This document shows positions 1-11,451 of a stretch of 58,461 nt of DNA, piece by piece. Every line of letters begins with the position of its first letter. The stretch's first letter is position 1. The position numbers and the translations under genes were made by a program. The stretch comes from a virus, in the IMG/VR virus record IMGVR_UViG_3300033417_000009; one strand, given 5' to 3'. Below the pieces are notes generated by a model. The model was given only the letters and a program-made list of their open reading frames with translations, had not been told where the DNA came from and did no database searches.

Positions 1-127
1 CAACCACCCCGCCGCTCATACTAGAAAGCTGCTTCTGGATGTCCTGGCCCAGCTTTTTCTCCCGCACACGGTAAGCGAGCACACAAAGCTGTCGTGCCTC
101 TTTGTAGTATTTGAGGGCCAAGTCTGC
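1..127. repeat. 127-bp terminal direct repeat, identical to 58335..58461 (circular-closure overlap of the contig)
   Basis: Read directly: caaccaccccgccgctcatactagaaagc...gagggccaagtctgc occurs at both ends with no mismatch. Confidence 0.97.
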
Positions 128-286
128 GTCTTGTTCGCGAACGACTGCCGCCGCGTCAAAGAGTGCGTCTGCAAGCCGGCGCATCTCTTCTTTGGGGTGG
201 TACTCGCGGTTGCGCCCTGCGCGCAGGCGCTGGGGTACGTTGGAGATCAGAGCGCGGGCAGGCGTATCGGCTTTACTTCGCGGCAT
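1..286 (-). CDS. 5-prime part of a 133-aa hypothetical protein that spans the contig junction (continues at 58334..58219)
   Basis: ATG at 286..284 is preceded by aggaag. Reading through the junction gives MPRSKADTPARALISNVPQRL...ALKYYKEARQLCVLAYRVREKK..., joining in frame to the 58219..58455 ORF. Confidence 0.6.
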   Translation of the reverse strand, partial: MPRSKADTPARALISNVPQRLRAGRNREYHPKEEMRRLADALFDAAAVVREQDADLALKYYKEARQLCVLAYRVREKKLGQDIQKQLSSMSGGVV

Positions 287-321
287 ATTGCATCTTCCTA
301 CAAGGTAACCTCGACTGTCAA

Positions 322-3300
322 CTACGGAGTGTTAGTTGGCGTGCTGGTAGGTGTGCGTGTGGGTGTGACGCTGCGAGTTTTGGTTGGGGTCTCGGTACGT
401 GTGGGCGTCCACAGTGGGCCGATGGTGTTCAACACCACCTGCGCAGGAACCACTACGTGAGTCGTGGGCGTAGGCGTGTTCTGGCTCGTTTGCACCACAG
501 GCACAGCACTCGGTGATGCGAGCATGGTAGGTGTCGGGCTGCCGCCCGGCCCGAATGTTGGTGTTGGAGCTGTCATGGACTCCCGCAGTACACGCACGAA
601 AAAGGTCGCGGCGGGCAAGAAAGTGTTGGCGCCTACTGCGCACACACTCACGAGCACCTGGTCAGGTCCACTTACCATCGCTTGCCACAACAACGGGGCG
701 GATAGGAATTGCTGTGGAGATGTGATTGCCACCATGCCAAGCTCAGCACCCACCACCGTGGTTGTGTAGTTAGCGCACTCGCCGCTGTTGACGAACCGAA
801 AGTCGGTGGTCACAGTTCCGGTAAGTGGCCTCAGTTCCCATTCAATGTTTGGTATCGTGCCAGAAACGTTGCCGCCTAACCTCGTGCCTATGGTAAGTGC
901 CTCCCCATCAGCATCCGGCTCGCTAAGCTGTTTGATCTTGTTGCCGCCACCATCCGCATCGGCGGTAAGGGTGAAATCGCGTACTGGCCCGGGCGTCAAC
1001 ACCACCTCGTCCCAACCCCAAGGCATCGTCAACAATAAGTCGTATTCATCAAAGCCGGTTAATGTGATCGCAGAAAGCGCAGGCGTGGGCGCTGGCGTCG
1101 GCTTGCCCAGCAACAGGCCCAGGTCCACCGGCCCGGCCAACGGCAACTGCACCACACTTGCTGCTCCGTTTTCCACGCTCACATGCACCACCGTACCGCC
1201 GATGCCCTGTGCCCCGGCGGGCAGGAAACCATCCGCAGTCGTCACCCACGTGCGTATAGATGGGCGCATGAGACAGTTTTCTGTGGTGGCTTGCGTGTAA
1301 CGGATCTCAACACTCACGCGCCTATTTGCGGCTGCTAACCCCGCGCTACCATAAACACGCCCAGTGAGCGCCACCGGGTTGCACGCAGGTGTGAAAGTCG
1401 GCGATGGGGCGGTTACTACCGGAGTTGGTGTTTCGGTAGGTACTGGCGTCAAAGTTACCGTTGGTGTTGGGGTGTCAATCTGGAACTGAAAACGAGCCAC
1501 GCCGATGCTTTTGTCGTCGAGGTCAGTGGGAAGCAACGTGGCTTCCCACGTGAACACAAGATCTCCCTGCCGCGCTGAGATCACCGAGCCCCAAGCGTGT
1601 TGTCCGCACACCTGGTCAGGTACATCGTGTTCCCCACCTTTCGGCGTACCATCTTCGTCAAACCTGCGGAACACTTGCCGCTGCAACCCGGTATCGTCTG
1701 TCGTCCATGTGATTACAAAGTCACTGCTTTGCTCGTGAGTAACCGGGTGTACAGCGATATTGATGGCAGTCGTAGGAATAGCAAGTTCAAAAAAAGTCTG
1801 AGTGCCAGTCTGTACTATGTTGGCCAATGTGACATCGCCTACCAATGTTCCCGATACCGATATTCGTTGAAAACCAACGCCAATCCCGTCAGCGTCAGCT
1901 ATGGTTGCAACCAATACCACCGTGCCATCTGCTGCTACTGACACGCCACCTACGTTGTTAATACCCGCAGGTGCTATTGGTTGTAGAACTTGGGTTCCAT
2001 CTGCGTTGTATCGGTACACTACAACGCTTGCCAATGTGTTGCTGGACCACGCGACTGCGCAGTCACCGGCATCGTTACAAGAAATCTTTGGTAGTGTTGT
2101 ATCTACGTCCAACACTTGCGTTGGGCTAAGCGGTACACCGGCCCATGTATACCGTCTGACTGCAACGTCCGCACCTTCGTTATCTAACCACGCAACAATG
2201 AACCCGTTTACATGTGCTGCTACAACAGGGAATTGTTCTTTGTGCGCGCCCCCGCTGTTCACAAAGAAATCATCTTGCACCAGCACACCTGCCGCGTCCC
2301 AAATCTTGCAAAACACGTTCGTGCGTACAAGGCGCGGGGACTGCCAACAAATAACTGTACGCCCAGCAGCGTCCTGCGCTACCGCCGGTCTGCGGTTATC
2401 GTACACAACATTACTTGATACGATCGTTTCACCTGTGATGGCAGCTAGAACTGCATCGAAGTCACGAACATACACAGTGTCGGGTGACGGCGACACGCTT
2501 GTCCACACTACTTTTGACGTACCAGACGCCGTGGTTGCTGCTGCACAATGCTTCTGGGCGCCAGCAACAGTCTCGTTCACCAGCACATCACTCTTTACCT
2601 GCCCGGGGCGGGGTGTGCGTGTTGGTAGGCACGGTGTGCTTGTTGGTGTAGGCGTGTCGAATTGGAATTGAATGGCTTCAATAGACGAATGCTTCGCGCC
2701 CCATTGGTCCTGCGTTTGCACACTTTCCCACAAGAAAGTGTAGAGACTGTCATCGGTACAGGCGAGAACCACATTACGCTGGAAACCATCCCGCGTGCTA
2801 TTCACCGCCCACGGCCCTTCCGCCAACGTGCCATCCACCCTGAACTTTGCGGCCCACACGCTGGACTCGCTGCCATCGCCAAGGTCAGCGCCAGGGTTCA
2901 GAGTGTCGTCTAGAAAATCAGACCACGTCACGACGAAGTCACCGGAAATTTCGGCGCACACAGCCGGTGCACTCCGCTCTGCCACCACATCCGGCACTCC
3001 GCTGTCTTCAATGACCTCCAATTCTGCAAGAAGCCCTGTACCTGTATTGGTCATGCGTCGTGCTTGTACATTCTGGTTCACACTGTCATCTGTTTCCCAC
3101 ACGATCACAAAACGGTTCCCATCCTCATGGCTAACCGATGGCGAGAACTGACTGTCTTGCGCCGTTCCCACGTCGAACAAAGGGGTTGTGATGGCAGGTG
3201 CGCTATTGAGCGCGAGGCCCCGTACGGCTTGGATTACGCTCAGCGACGGGTTTCCGGAAATCAACATCGCATCATCATCTACACCCGCTTGCGCGTCCAC

Positions 3301-6189
3301 GCCCGGCTCAATTTCAAGGTTGGCAGTGTCGCGCAACACAACATCGCCTGACGTTGGTCCAGCCCCGTCAAATGCCCGTGCCAGGATACGGCTCGGGTAA
3401 GCTGCGGTGTTGACCGCCTCTTCCCACACCACCACGAAATCGTCCCTGTCTTGCGGCCACGAAATTATTGAGGGGGATACATCAAAGTTCGTGTTATCTC
3501 CCGGCACAGTGAACTCGGCGCCAGCGGTAGTCACGCTCGTCACCCGACGACCCACCACATCAAACAGCGTTGGGCCGGTGTCCTGAGACCACACCACCAC
3601 AAACTCACCGCTTGTGGAGGTAGCGGCGACCCGGTGCTTTTCCCGCAACACAAACTTTACAGAAGCCCCAGTAGCATTGATGGTAAATTGGGCGTCACTT
3701 GGCGTAGCGGCCAAGTCCAGCTCTCTCCCTACAATGTTCGCGCTCCCGCCACCGGCCTCATCCCAAATCGCAAAAAGCAGGTCGTTATCTTTGCTGTAAG
3801 CAACCGCTGGGTGTGACCGTGACGTGCCGGCGTCAGACCCCGTGCTCACCTGCCGCTCGTCACCCACTTGGTGCGGCCGAGGGGTAAATGTGGGCAGGCT
3901 GGTAACTGACGCAGTGGCAGTCCCCGTGTTTGTGCGCGTGGGCGTTTGCGTTGGTGTGTCTGTGGGGGTGCTCGAAGGTGTGCCTGTACTCGTGGGTGTA
4001 TCCGTGGGAGTTTCTGTTGGCGTTTGTGACGGGCCGGGCGTGGGGGTGCCAGTGATAGTAGGGGTGTTCGTAATCGTTTCTGTTGGCGTAACAGTAGGAG
4101 TTGCGGTCGGGGTAGCGGTTAGCGTAAACGTCGGCGTTGCCGTTGGCTCTGCCGCCACCAACAACAACTGCGGCCTCTCCCCGACAACGCTCCATTCTTT
4201 TGAGCGAAAAAGCGCGTTGTTGTAAAACTGATAGTCCTGTGCCGCAGCTTTCCTCACAAGCCATCCTTCATTCGCTTCTGCGCCGCTAACGAAGTCTTTC
4301 ACGTCATCGGTTACATCAAACTCGAAGAAGCCGAACGGAGTAAATGCATTCATCAAACTCACCGTGGTCGCTACAGAGTCTGCGTGCCCCGGCGTGTTAA
4401 GCCCGTTCCACGTTGCAGGACATGCCGTCGTCGGGCATCTCCACGTGGCCTCTGCTTCAACCCACGGCGTGATGATTCGGTATACTTCCTGCTGTATGTC
4501 GTCGGCGCCCCAAAACTTGTTATTAGTTTTGTAGTAGTACAACCGTAGTTTGGCCTGCTGAATAACGCGCCCACCAGTTTCTACTGCTTGCATCTCAGCC
4601 GTGTTGAAGCGAATAGCGATGCGGCGAAATTGCCAGATCTGTAGGAAATCCTTGGTGCTAAAATTCCTGTTTAAGTAAAAGGAGTTGAAAAAAGTGTCAG
4701 CTTCCGCGGTCAATGTTGTGTTCACAGCGCCAACCGGGGTTTGCGTTGCCGTGACTGTAATCGTGTTCTCTGGCGTGGGCGTGTTAACGGTTGCTGTCAC
4801 CGTTGCCGTGAAAGAAATGGTAGGGGTTGCTGTAGGTGTTCGCGTGGGCGTCTCAGTAGGTGTTTGCGTCGGGGTACGGGTGGGTGTTGGCGTTGGCGTT
4901 GGTGTTGCGGTGGCTACAGTATCTGGGCACCCGGCGAACACGACGCCCCTCGCTTCGCTGGTTGTTACCACGTTAGCAGCAGCGGCGTGCGTTAGCTCAC
5001 CTGTGAAAGGGGAGCTGACCAGTGAAGCGGTGCCTCCAGCCAACCCAACTGCGCCAATGTCGGAAGAACTCACAATCGTACGTCTTGTAACCTGACTCGT
5101 ACCGTCAGACCCGTAGCTAACTTCCCCGCCGATCACGTCGATCTGGTCAAGCCCGCTCATCAACACCACAGCACGGTTCGGCAACGCGCTCATCGCCAGC
5201 GACCAGGCTGTTCCAGTTATGGCTTCTTGCGAACCGCTCGCCGTATCATGTGCGCTAGGCCCGGTGGCTGCCAAAGGCCACACTTGCCCATCTGTGTCCA
5301 AGCCAAAACCCACCAGCACCCCGTTGTAACTACGGAGCGTGCCATTGCTACGGGCGTGGCGTACGGTCACTGTGTAGGCGCCGGGCGTCGCCAACGTGAG
5401 CGCCCCCACCAACGTTATCATTTCAGTTTGCGGTACAGCGGCCAACCGTACCTGAGTTGCTGCTACGGTCACGCCGTTGATTTGAAGGTCATAATCCGCA
5501 GTCAGCGGGGCACCACTATCTATCGTGGCTGACAACGACGCCATGGCTACCACCCGCGTGTCCGCTTCCGTCGTAGTCACGGAAGCAGAAAAACCGCTGA
5601 TGGCTGTGAGCAAGGGGCTAGTGGTTGTGACCCCGGTACCGTCAAGGTCGTCATACCCATGAGGTAAGGTCAGCGTTGTATCATAGCTCGTCAGCGGGAA
5701 AGCCACCACGTCTATGTTGTCGGTGGACAGCGTGCCCCCTGATGTCGCGTGCTGGAACTTGAATGTGCGTGCCCCGTCACTTTCTAGCCCAGGCCACAGC
5801 GAGACAACCACGCCGTTGCTGTAATCGCCGGTGCCTGGTATGTACCGCTCCAATTGCCGGGTCATCGCTGCGGTGGTTTCGCCGCCGCTGGCGCCATCCA
5901 ACGTAACCGCCCACGCCCCAGTTTCCCCGCTCCCCGCAGTGAGAGCCCCGTCGAAGGACGCAAAAGCCAACACCGAGTCTCCTACCTGCGGCACGGCTAC
6001 CGTTACTGAGTAACCGGTGTCTTCAAGCGTTGCGCTGGTGGTAGTATCGACTGTGTCAGTAGACAGGCGTTGGATATCGAGACAACTCGCCAGTGGGGTG
6101 GGCGTCTGCGCATACACGCTCAACCGAGCCATCAGCAAGATTGCCGTAACCAGAAGCGTTTTCGCGCTCATCGCCCGCATCACACTCAT
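322..6189 (-). CDS. Giant secreted multi-domain protein (1955 aa): Sec signal peptide, Pro-Thr linkers, DNRLRE-like domain, two arrays of FVVxW...RRF propeller-like repeats, C-terminal fibre-like module
   Basis: Uninterrupted ORF. The N-terminus [30 protein letters not shown] resembles a Sec signal, and its ATG overlaps the upstream stop (ATGA). There are at least 6 (TPx)n linkers and about 13 repeats such as [14 protein letters not shown] and [15 protein letters not shown]. The motif [21 protein letters not shown] is also present. Confidence 0.85.
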   Translation of the reverse strand: MSVMRAMSAKTLLVTAILLMARLSVYAQTPTPLASCLDIQRLSTDTVDTTTSATLEDTGYSVTVAVPQVGDSVLAFASFDGALTAGSGETGAWAVTLDGASGGETTAAMTRQLERYIPGTGDYSNGVVVSLWPGLESDGARTFKFQHATSGGTLSTDNIDVVAFPLTSYDTTLTLPHGYDDLDGTGVTTTSPLLTAISGFSASVTTTEADTRVVAMASLSATIDSGAPLTADYDLQINGVTVAATQVRLAAVPQTEMITLVGALTLATPGAYTVTVRHARSNGTLRSYNGVLVGFGLDTDGQVWPLAATGPSAHDTASGSQEAITGTAWSLAMSALPNRAVVLMSGLDQIDVIGGEVSYGSDGTSQVTRRTIVSSSDIGAVGLAGGTASLVSSPFTGELTHAAAANVVTTSEARGVVFAGCPDTVATATPTPTPTPTRTPTQTPTETPTRTPTATPTISFTATVTATVNTPTPENTITVTATQTPVGAVNTTLTAEADTFFNSFYLNRNFSTKDFLQIWQFRRIAIRFNTAEMQAVETGGRVIQQAKLRLYYYKTNNKFWGADDIQQEVYRIITPWVEAEATWRCPTTACPATWNGLNTPGHADSVATTVSLMNAFTPFGFFEFDVTDDVKDFVSGAEANEGWLVRKAAAQDYQFYNNALFRSKEWSVVGERPQLLLVAAEPTATPTFTLTATPTATPTVTPTETITNTPTITGTPTPGPSQTPTETPTDTPTSTGTPSSTPTDTPTQTPTRTNTGTATASVTSLPTFTPRPHQVGDERQVSTGSDAGTSRSHPAVAYSKDNDLLFAIWDEAGGGSANIVGRELDLAATPSDAQFTINATGASVKFVLREKHRVAATSTSGEFVVVWSQDTGPTLFDVVGRRVTSVTTAGAEFTVPGDNTNFDVSPSIISWPQDRDDFVVVWEEAVNTAAYPSRILARAFDGAGPTSGDVVLRDTANLEIEPGVDAQAGVDDDAMLISGNPSLSVIQAVRGLALNSAPAITTPLFDVGTAQDSQFSPSVSHEDGNRFVIVWETDDSVNQNVQARRMTNTGTGLLAELEVIEDSGVPDVVAERSAPAVCAEISGDFVVTWSDFLDDTLNPGADLGDGSESSVWAAKFRVDGTLAEGPWAVNSTRDGFQRNVVLACTDDSLYTFLWESVQTQDQWGAKHSSIEAIQFQFDTPTPTSTPCLPTRTPRPGQVKSDVLVNETVAGAQKHCAAATTASGTSKVVWTSVSPSPDTVYVRDFDAVLAAITGETIVSSNVVYDNRRPAVAQDAAGRTVICWQSPRLVRTNVFCKIWDAAGVLVQDDFFVNSGGAHKEQFPVVAAHVNGFIVAWLDNEGADVAVRRYTWAGVPLSPTQVLDVDTTLPKISCNDAGDCAVAWSSNTLASVVVYRYNADGTQVLQPIAPAGINNVGGVSVAADGTVVLVATIADADGIGVGFQRISVSGTLVGDVTLANIVQTGTQTFFELAIPTTAINIAVHPVTHEQSSDFVITWTTDDTGLQRQVFRRFDEDGTPKGGEHDVPDQVCGQHAWGSVISARQGDLVFTWEATLLPTDLDDKSIGVARFQFQIDTPTPTVTLTPVPTETPTPVVTAPSPTFTPACNPVALTGRVYGSAGLAAANRRVSVEIRYTQATTENCLMRPSIRTWVTTADGFLPAGAQGIGGTVVHVSVENGAASVVQLPLAGPVDLGLLLGKPTPAPTPALSAITLTGFDEYDLLLTMPWGWDEVVLTPGPVRDFTLTADADGGGNKIKQLSEPDADGEALTIGTRLGGNVSGTIPNIEWELRPLTGTVTTDFRFVNSGECANYTTTVVGAELGMVAITSPQQFLSAPLLWQAMVSGPDQVLVSVCAVGANTFLPAATFFVRVLRESMTAPTPTFGPGGSPTPTMLASPSAVPVVQTSQNTPTPTTHVVVPAQVVLNTIGPLWTPTRTETPTKTRSVTPTRTPTSTPTNTP

Positions 6190-9100
6190 CGTACTACCAC
6201 ATAGTAAGTCATCATGGGCGCTGTCGTGGCCCGAATGGCGCACAGTCGCACCGCTACTTGCTCAATTGGTAGAGAAGCGGGCAGGACAAAACCGTCGTAC
6301 CACACGTCCGGCACAAAACCAGCCGGTGAAATGAAAACGGCCATGCCCTGCCGCGCACCGAGTACATCAAGGACCTCAAACACGCACTCGCCGGTAGCCA
6401 GCGCTCCAGTGTTGAAAGTTACCGTTCCCAACAACAGAGGTTCCGCCAACGTCGGGTACGGCCACACACCAGCGAGCACGCCGGTAGCCGCCTGGCCGTA
6501 GGGGATAATGTCGCCGTCTTCAGTAGCAGCGCCAATATCAGTGATCTGGTGACCGCTGGCAATGCCATCTTGCGCCAAGGTGAAGTCGGTTACGGCCCCG
6601 CGCACCAATGTTACCCTGTCAGTGCTCTGGGTTGCGGTCAGGGTGTACTGACCCACGCCGGGCACCACCGCGAGCGCTGTAACGGCTTCTGCCAACGCCG
6701 GGATCTGCGCCACGCCTACCAGCGTGTGCGCCGAGACCGTGGCTCCTTCGTTTTTGAGAGGAGGAATCAACACTCGCATTGGTTGCTGTGCCCCTTCGAG
6801 CGAGAGCTGCACTACGCTCCCGGCTACGGTTGTCGCCGTGACGGGCAGGAAGCCGTAGTCATCAAGAGTCACGGTTTTGGATGACACGTGGATCAAACAC
6901 CCATTCACCAATTGCTCTTCAGTGGTGTCAATGTGGAAACGCCTGCCCGCAGCAAGTTGCCCGTCCACGTCCACCACCTGCCCTGTCAGCCGCACCGACA
7001 CGCAAGAGCTGGTAGGGACAATGTCATCTTGCGTAAGGTCGCGTCTCGGGGTCACGCTTGCCGTAGCGGTAGCCGTAATCGTAGGGGAAGGCGTGTTCAA
7101 AACTACTCCGACTACCGCCACAGCCGTGGGTGAGGGCGCTGGCGTGTGTGTCAACGTAGGTGTGCTTGTAGGTGTGCTTGTAGGCGTGTTCGTTGGAGTC
7201 CTGGTAAAGCCAAATTGAGGAACCTGTGGCACAGCGACCAGCGACGGCGTTGGCGTCGGCGTGTTCAGCGATACCATCGGGTCCGCCTGTATTGAAGGTG
7301 TCGGCGTAAACGTAGCAACGGAAAGCTGTGAGAGTTGGATGCCGGTGCCCATCACCGCGTTATCGCAAGTCACGTCCATCGTCGAAATCTGCCGTACCGG
7401 GTCCACAGTTGGGAAATCGTCTTTTTGCACTGTGAATTGCAGGTAACAGTGTGCCGGTGTGTCGGCCGGGATTGTGAGTGTGGAATCGGGGGTGAATGTA
7501 ATCACGCCCGCTGCTTCCACAGCGGACCACGTGACCCCACAGGTAGTGGTGATCGAATCTTGGTAACTGATAGAATCGTTGTTGCCGGTGCAACCGCCCG
7601 GGGGGTCAGTAGTCTTGCAGTTGAGCGTGAAGGTAGCTTGCGTCAGGTCGCCCTCGGTCCCCCCTGTTACGGCGGCTAACCCGAACGTAAGCCGCACATC
7701 ATCAGTCTCCCCCACGGTATCAACCGCCGGTTGGTTCTCGTAGGTAATCGCCAGCACGACGTTACAAGTCCCGAGCGCGGACGTTGAAGTAGGCGTGGCG
7801 CTTGGCGTGCTCGTGGGTGTGTCAGTGGGTGTGCTTGTGGGGGTAGCTGTCGGCGTTGAAGTGGGCGTGTCAGTAGGCGTGCTTGTAGCCGTCCCAGTAG
7901 GGGTATCGGTGGGCGTGCTCGTGGGCGTGCTCGTGGGAGGTGACGCTGTTGGGGTGTTCAAAGACACTTGCGGCGGCACCGCGACGCTTGGTGTGGGTGT
8001 GCTCGTGTTTAAAATCGCCTGCACCACGACCGCCGCCGTGGCGGTCCTTGTAGGAGAAGAAGTTGGCGTGATTGATGGCCCTGCCACCTGCACTATCGGC
8101 ACCGCTGTTGCTGTCGGTGTAGGAGATTGCGTGTTCAAGATTACCGCTACCACCGGCTGCGGGGTTGCTGTGTTAGAAGGGGTAGGTGTGTTCAACACGG
8201 CTTGCATCACCGACTGTGGAGTCATCGTGTTCGTAGGTGTGTTGGTAGGAGTGTCCGTAGGCGTGCTGGTTGGTGTTGCAGTTGGCGTGTTCGTAGGGGT
8301 ATTTGTTGACGTGCCCGTTGGTGTAACTGTAGGAGTGATCGTTGGCGTGTTCGTAGGGGTTTGTGTCGGCGTACTCGTCGCGGCGGGGGTCAACGTGGCC
8401 GTCGGTGCCTCGAACGCCGCCTCGAACTGCACCGCGCTGGCGCGCAATGTGTCGCACGCGCGGCGCACGCCAAAGTCAGACGCATCGAGATTCACGCAGG
8501 TCCACGCTGCCGCTGTGTCAGGGTCAACCGTGTAAAGCGTGAACTTGTCTGCGTAAGATGTGTTCGTTGAGATCGCAGCCGCAGCGACGGAATCAATCAC
8601 ACTAGCGGTACACGAGCCGCTGCTGCCTGTGGTCCGCGACGAGATCAGATTCAGGCCAGCGTGGATCGGCTCCGAGATCCCCAGCGTGGCGCACGAGTCG
8701 TGCGAGAAGATGCAGTTCACCGTGCTGCCGGTTGTGATGTATGTCGTGTCGTCGTCGGTCGGAGGACCCTCGTCCAGGCACAGGTGCTCCGATGCCTCGT
8801 CGCAGCCGCTAGTGGTCCACCCCATATCACAGGTGCCGGTGCCGGTGGTTGGTAAGGGCATGATTCGAACGTTGCCGGGGTACTCAGTGCCGGTGTGTAC
8901 ATCAACGTCGTCGAAGTTGATGCTGGCCGTCACGTTCGCGAGGGTGTTGCCGACATCGACGCGGGAGTAGTTGACGCTAAAAGATGTGGTCGCGCAGGCG
9001 TCGATTGCCTCGATGAGGTATCCGTTCGCGTCGTACAGATTCAGGTAGACGAGCCCCGTGCCGAAGAAGTCGCGGACCGCCCGGAACTCCACCCTGTACC

Positions 9101-9560
9101 ACATATCGAGGGCCAGCGCTGTCGATGTGGTAGCGCACGCACTCCACCCGCTAGCGTACGTGCCGATGTCGAGCGTGCGGTCCGTGTTCAGAGCAATACC
9201 GTGCCCATTAAGGTTGTCCGTCACGACATACTGGTAGATGACCGTATCGTTCGCGTCGGGAGCAGTCGTGATGCGGAGTCGAAAGGAGGAGCGCAGGTGA
9301 TTATCGTTGTAGCCAGTCTGCTGCACCCGGCACTGCGCGGCGGACGGATTCCACTGGTAGCACCGCCCAGTGAAGCAATCGGTCGCGGTGCTGGTGCAAG
9401 CTCCCGAGACGGTGCCGTTTTGTACGCCTGCGCCGTTGGCCTCGAACGACATGTGAAACAGGTGCGTCGCGTGGGCAGGACTTGCCACTACCCCTAAAAA
9501 GATGGCGCGAACCAGCACACGGCTAATCCACGCCATCTTATCTCGGGGGAAAGTCGCCAT
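6186..9560 (-). CDS. Giant secreted protein (1124 aa): signal peptide, LamG/ConA-like N-domain, long Pro-Thr/LNTPTP linkers, Cys-rich Ig-like domain, C-terminal fibre-like module
   Basis: Uninterrupted ORF with signal-like MAWISRVLVRAIFLGVVASPAHA/T (an alternative start is at 9536). PT linkers span roughly 7100-7260 and 7790-8400. The last ~272 aa are colinear with residues near the C-terminus of the 322..6189 protein. Confidence 0.85.
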   Translation of the reverse strand: MATFPRDKMAWISRVLVRAIFLGVVASPAHATHLFHMSFEANGAGVQNGTVSGACTSTATDCFTGRCYQWNPSAAQCRVQQTGYNDNHLRSSFRLRITTAPDANDTVIYQYVVTDNLNGHGIALNTDRTLDIGTYASGWSACATTSTALALDMWYRVEFRAVRDFFGTGLVYLNLYDANGYLIEAIDACATTSFSVNYSRVDVGNTLANVTASINFDDVDVHTGTEYPGNVRIMPLPTTGTGTCDMGWTTSGCDEASEHLCLDEGPPTDDDTTYITTGSTVNCIFSHDSCATLGISEPIHAGLNLISSRTTGSSGSCTASVIDSVAAAAISTNTSYADKFTLYTVDPDTAAAWTCVNLDASDFGVRRACDTLRASAVQFEAAFEAPTATLTPAATSTPTQTPTNTPTITPTVTPTGTSTNTPTNTPTATPTSTPTDTPTNTPTNTMTPQSVMQAVLNTPTPSNTATPQPVVAVILNTQSPTPTATAVPIVQVAGPSITPTSSPTRTATAAVVVQAILNTSTPTPSVAVPPQVSLNTPTASPPTSTPTSTPTDTPTGTATSTPTDTPTSTPTATPTSTPTDTPTSTPSATPTSTSALGTCNVVLAITYENQPAVDTVGETDDVRLTFGLAAVTGGTEGDLTQATFTLNCKTTDPPGGCTGNNDSISYQDSITTTCGVTWSAVEAAGVITFTPDSTLTIPADTPAHCYLQFTVQKDDFPTVDPVRQISTMDVTCDNAVMGTGIQLSQLSVATFTPTPSIQADPMVSLNTPTPTPSLVAVPQVPQFGFTRTPTNTPTSTPTSTPTLTHTPAPSPTAVAVVGVVLNTPSPTITATATASVTPRRDLTQDDIVPTSSCVSVRLTGQVVDVDGQLAAGRRFHIDTTEEQLVNGCLIHVSSKTVTLDDYGFLPVTATTVAGSVVQLSLEGAQQPMRVLIPPLKNEGATVSAHTLVGVAQIPALAEAVTALAVVPGVGQYTLTATQSTDRVTLVRGAVTDFTLAQDGIASGHQITDIGAATEDGDIIPYGQAATGVLAGVWPYPTLAEPLLLGTVTFNTGALATGECVFEVLDVLGARQGMAVFISPAGFVPDVWYDGFVLPASLPIEQVAVRLCAIRATTAPMMTYYVVVR

Positions 9561-9665
9561 CCTCAGTTGCTCTCGCTCCGGCGACCCCTCGTGGTTTCAC
9601 ACGTTGCCTACATCACACATATGTAAGGTGCACCATCGTCGCCACCACGACTAGCAAGCCGTGGC

Positions 9666-10259
9666 TTAGAGGAACTCAACCCGAATGCCAGTGACTTTGG
9701 CGGTCGCTGCAAGGTTACTAGTGCAAGAGCCGCTGTTGTCGCGGTCCACTTTGATGACGAACGGGAACCCAGCGCAATTCGTTCCAGTACAATCGGCCAG
9801 CAACGTGTCACGGTACAGCGTTGCTGACCCTGTAAATGACGATTTCATCAAGGCGTTCGCGCCAATGTTCTGCGTTGGATTTGTAGCTGTGGTGTTCGTA
9901 GGAGTAATAGCATCCCAATCACAGGTGCTCACACCGGTTGTGCAAACAGCATTCGCCACATTCCAGCACACGTTTGACGCTGATGCGCTTGTAGTGTGCC
10001 ACCAAATGTGGATCTGGAACGTGGTATTTGCATCCGGGTTCACCATTCCCATTAGAGTAAACGCCTGCGTCCCAGTCTGCGTACAGTCCATCGTAGTGTA
10101 ACGATGATTCGTGCCCACGTTCACGGTGCGCGTGCAGGAATTGGAAACCGCAGTTTCTAGCGCCCCGCCCGGGAAAAAGATGTCGCTTGCCGCCACCGGC
10201 AGTGCCAGCGCCAGCGCCAACCCCACCGTTGTCACCACCTGCCAAAAATACTTTCTCAT
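9666..10259 (-). CDS. Secreted hypothetical protein (197 aa)
   Basis: SD gggaggag lies upstream of the ATG. The signal peptide is MRKYFWQVVTTVGLALALALPVAA/SD. The protein is Cys/Thr-rich, and its C-terminal half resembles that of the 13652..14659 protein (VCW motif, C..C pairs). Confidence 0.7.
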   Translation of the reverse strand: MRKYFWQVVTTVGLALALALPVAASDIFFPGGALETAVSNSCTRTVNVGTNHRYTTMDCTQTGTQAFTLMGMVNPDANTTFQIHIWWHTTSASASNVCWNVANAVCTTGVSTCDWDAITPTNTTATNPTQNIGANALMKSSFTGSATLYRDTLLADCTGTNCAGFPFVIKVDRDNSGSCTSNLAATAKVTGIRVEFL

Positions 10260-10312
10260 TCGTCTCTCCTCCCGTGTAGTGTCATGGGCCTCACGGCCAT
10301 TGTTGTGAGCTC

Positions 10313-10341
10313 AGGGTACTTCACCACGCGAAAAGTGTCAA
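10313..10341 (-). promoter_or_regulatory. Candidate sigma70-like promoter (TTGACA-N17-TACCCT) upstream of 9666..10259
   Basis: The minus strand reads gtgaTTGACActtttcgcgtggtgaagTACCCT. The -10 is weak. Confidence 0.3.
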
Positions 10342-10755
10342 TCACTTCCGGCGCAGGAACTGAAGGTACTTCTCGCTCTGGCTGTAGTCCACGGTCAAGT
10401 GAACGCCCCGCGATGCTCGCACTTCTACTGACCACAGTACACCCTTGTGCCCGCGCATCACTAACATCTCGTTGTCCCAGCCGAAGTAAGGGTCTTCAAC
10501 GGCAACCGGGTACGACAAGCGGAACATCTCACGGCGCCCGTGCATCTCGAACAGCAAGTCATCGGTCTCTTCACCCACCGGGATCGTCCCCTCTCGCACC
10601 AGCACGAAGAAGTCGCCGGTAAACGCCCGGCGGTCCTCGTCGAGCCCCATGCTGAACATGCCGGGAAACGCCGAGTCATCAAAGAACGTCACCATGCCGA
10701 AAAATGTACCAACAACTTGCTTGCCACTCTGGTAAACTACAACTTCCTTTGCCAT
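10342..10755 (-). CDS. Hypothetical cytoplasmic protein (137 aa)
   Basis: The ORF has protein-like composition (MAKEVVVYQSGKQVVGTFFGMVTFFDD...). Overlapping ORFs on both strands are Arg/Pro-rich. Confidence 0.6.
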   Translation of the reverse strand: MAKEVVVYQSGKQVVGTFFGMVTFFDDSAFPGMFSMGLDEDRRAFTGDFFVLVREGTIPVGEETDDLLFEMHGRREMFRLSYPVAVEDPYFGWDNEMLVMRGHKGVLWSVEVRASRGVHLTVDYSQSEKYLQFLRRK

Positions 10756-10764
10756 CGTCGCCCC

Positions 10765-11085
10765 CTACTGCCCAGGAAACTCGTGCAGTAGCCTCGTGCC
10801 CCCAGGCACTTCTGCTGCGGCACTATCAGCACACGCCGCCGACATGAGCCCGGCCTCAAGGCCGTCGCGGCAAGCAGTGAGCTGCGGGATCACTCCGTCC
10901 ATCACACGCTTGGCAATGGCAGCCTCCGAGCAGTTCTTCTCTGCTTGCGCTTGACATTCGGCCTGTGATGCCACAGCCACCGTGCCGACCACCAGCGGCG
11001 ATTCGAGGGTGGACACCAGGTTCTTGTAGGTAGTACAGGCACTCAACACCACGGCACATACGATCGTTAACACCAACTTTTGCAT
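10765..11085 (-). CDS. Lipoprotein (106 aa), possible spanin-type or exclusion protein
   Basis: SD aggaggaaaag precedes the ATG. The lipobox is MQKLVLTIVCAVVLSA/C. Confidence 0.6.
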   Translation of the reverse strand: MQKLVLTIVCAVVLSACTTYKNLVSTLESPLVVGTVAVASQAECQAQAEKNCSEAAIAKRVMDGVIPQLTACRDGLEAGLMSAACADSAAAEVPGGTRLLHEFPGQ

Positions 11086-11199
11086 CTTTTCCTCCTGTCG
11101 GCAGGGCTAGGAGGGACAGCCGCACCTGCCCCTCGTTGCCTTGCGTTGTCACGGACTGTGGTTAGACTCGTTTGTCTACTCCTGCGTTTTGAAGGGAAC

Positions 11200-11451
11200 T
11201 TACCGCTTTCCGCGTGCGGGCTTCCGGCGGTGGTGGGGGACCATCCCCCGTTTCGGGGCAGGGGAGTGCCCCGAAGATCGTGGACGTTGGATAGTGTTGA
11301 CCTGCACTTGCTGGATGTTTTCGAGGGAAACGAGCGGGCGCCCCTTACGATCGTAGATGGAAATGCACCCGGCTTGCGCTAGCTCCCGGTTCGTGCAGGT
11401 AGTGCGTACCTCAAAGGTGATGATCTTGGCTTTCGCTGTTTTCATTGGCAT
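11200..11451 (-). CDS. Hypothetical basic protein (83 aa)
   Basis: The start overlaps the endolysin stop (TGATG). Sequence begins MPMKTAKAKIITFEVRTTCTNRELAQAGC... Confidence 0.5.
   Translation of the reverse strand: MPMKTAKAKIITFEVRTTCTNRELAQAGCISIYDRKGRPLVSLENIQQVQVNTIQRPRSSGHSPAPKRGMVPHHRRKPARGKR

Noticed and set aside
7795-8535. Long plus-strand ORFs antisense to the giant genes (7795..8535, 3824..4225, 4685..5095, 1901..2671, 8895..9497 and 47940..48434).
   Set aside because: They are Gly/Val/Cys-rich mirror images of the (Thr-Pro)n linker coding sequence, or Arg/Pro-rich high-GC artefacts. They have no SD sequences. The minus-strand frames carry coherent domains and signal peptides.
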